A model generated the notes under the pieces. That model was given only the letters and a program-made list of their open reading frames with translations. It did not search any database and was not told where the DNA came from. A stretch of 64,000 nucleotides of DNA from Squalus acanthias (taxonomy: Eukaryota), in the NCBI GenBank assembly GCA_030390025.1, contig CM059432.1, positions 58,096,001 through 58,160,000 on the forward strand, written 5' to 3'. Below, in pieces: positions 62,612-64,000 of this stretch. Made by a program: the position numbers and the translations under genes. Within the stretch, counting starts at the first letter, position 1. Each line of letters opens with the position of its first letter.

Positions 62612-64000
62612 TGGGTTACACTATCGTATAAGTTGATATAGGGCAGTGTGAGAACCAGGCCAGATAGAGAATCACATTGGATTCAGCTCAATGTTTAGCT
62701 TGCCCGCCTGTAGTATAGATTATAGACTGTCAACTAACTAATACCTGCTTTTTAAAATGGTCCATGCCAAGCTTTACAAGTTCCTTCCTTTTAAACAAAA
62801 TGGCATAAGAGCAATTTATTCAAGGTACCAACTTTGGATTCAGTAGCAGCAAGAAGGTAAATTTGCAATGATTACATTTCATTTAGGAGCCCATAAAACT
62901 AAATACTGAGACACTCCACAAATCAAGCACAATAGTCCTAATTAACATCATAAAGGAAAAGTTTCTGCCCTCAGTTTAAGATGGCAAATTGTTGTAATTA
63001 ATGTGACAGCCAATGAAAGTTGCTTAGTAACACAAGGTCATTCTTCGAAGAGTATTGTATACACAGGGAATGATTTATTGATGCAGTGATTAGGCAGTAA
63101 ATAATATTACAGAATATGAAGCTCAATGTTATTCCGTTTGCATTATGGAAAATCTCAGAACTCATTGAGCTCCCGTTTACTGCACTGAAATTTTTGTTGC
63201 AGTGAAGGAGAACTTAGACTGTCTTAATGAAACACATAGGTACAGACAAGCACCCTGCATCTTCAGCATTATGAGGCAGTACTTGCAGCAACCATTATTC
63301 CTCACAATGCTGCATGGAGCACACAGCATAAAACATGACTTGCAGTTCATCGCAATAGTTTAAGCACCTAGCAAATCAGCTTTGATATCTGAATTTTTCT
63401 TTTTTTTTTAAACCTCACCTTGGTTGTTAATCTGAGACGCTCATCAGCACTGTGTTTTTGCTTCTTTTTTGTCATGGGCATATGTAATTCCTTTCAAAGC
63501 ACAAAAAAAATTAACTTGGCAGTTGGAAATATTGCCAAATAAAATAGAGAAAATAATTCTTCAAAGCGAAATAAAGGACAGTCCAAGCTGAGGTGCCAAT
63601 CCAAATTTAATTCAGCCTTTAATCAGTACAGTATCTATGTACAGTGAATGTCCAAAAATGTAATACATATAGTGAATGCTCGAGGAATTACCGTGGAAGG
63701 TTTCTATTTATCTTCATCATAATTTCTAGATATTAATCAAATTCATAATGGTCATTTATATTTTATTCAAAGCTTGGACATTGTCTAAAATAGCACTGAA
63801 TAATATTTCAGAGAAAACAAATTGTGAGTGCCCCTGATTTAATAGTTTCTAATTTCAATGCAAAGGATTTTTAAAAATATTCTAGGAAGTAAAAGTCCCC
63901 TCCGTTCTGGTCATTTTTACTGTAATTCTGGTGAGACCACAGCAGAAAGGTAAAAATTGGGCCAAGATATGGCAGTTTCCAGTGGGCATTGCTGAAGGCA

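Noticed and set aside
63886..63949. Possible 64-nt plus-strand exon
   Set aside because: Weak splice signals only; no recognisable product

Overview
Eukaryotic (vertebrate) non-genic DNA made almost entirely of transposable elements. The repeat landscape (CR1 and L2 LINEs, a Deu/SacSINE-like SINE, Penelope-like elements, abundant Harbingers) suggests a cartilaginous fish such as a shark; this is an inference. No host gene could be supported. About half the window is PIF/Harbinger DNA: eight two-gene elements (HARBI1-like DDE transposase convergent with a 3-exon Myb/SANT gene) and about eight non-autonomous derivatives, most with TIRs and 3-bp TSDs. One element (30634-34922) has an intact 386-aa transposase; a sister copy (48136-53823) has an intact Myb gene. 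The most striking structures are: (1) near-perfect fold-back Penelope-like insertions (1.4 kb and 0.2 kb) with long TSDs, an unpaired tail and minimal hammerhead-ribozyme motifs with covarying stems; (2) long solo LTRs sharing termini and a covarying GGTTCGAATC hairpin; (3) a CRE palindrome (TGACGTCA) at a nearly fixed 160-180 bp from the terminus of many diverged Harbinger families. All alignments were done by eye; no searches were run.
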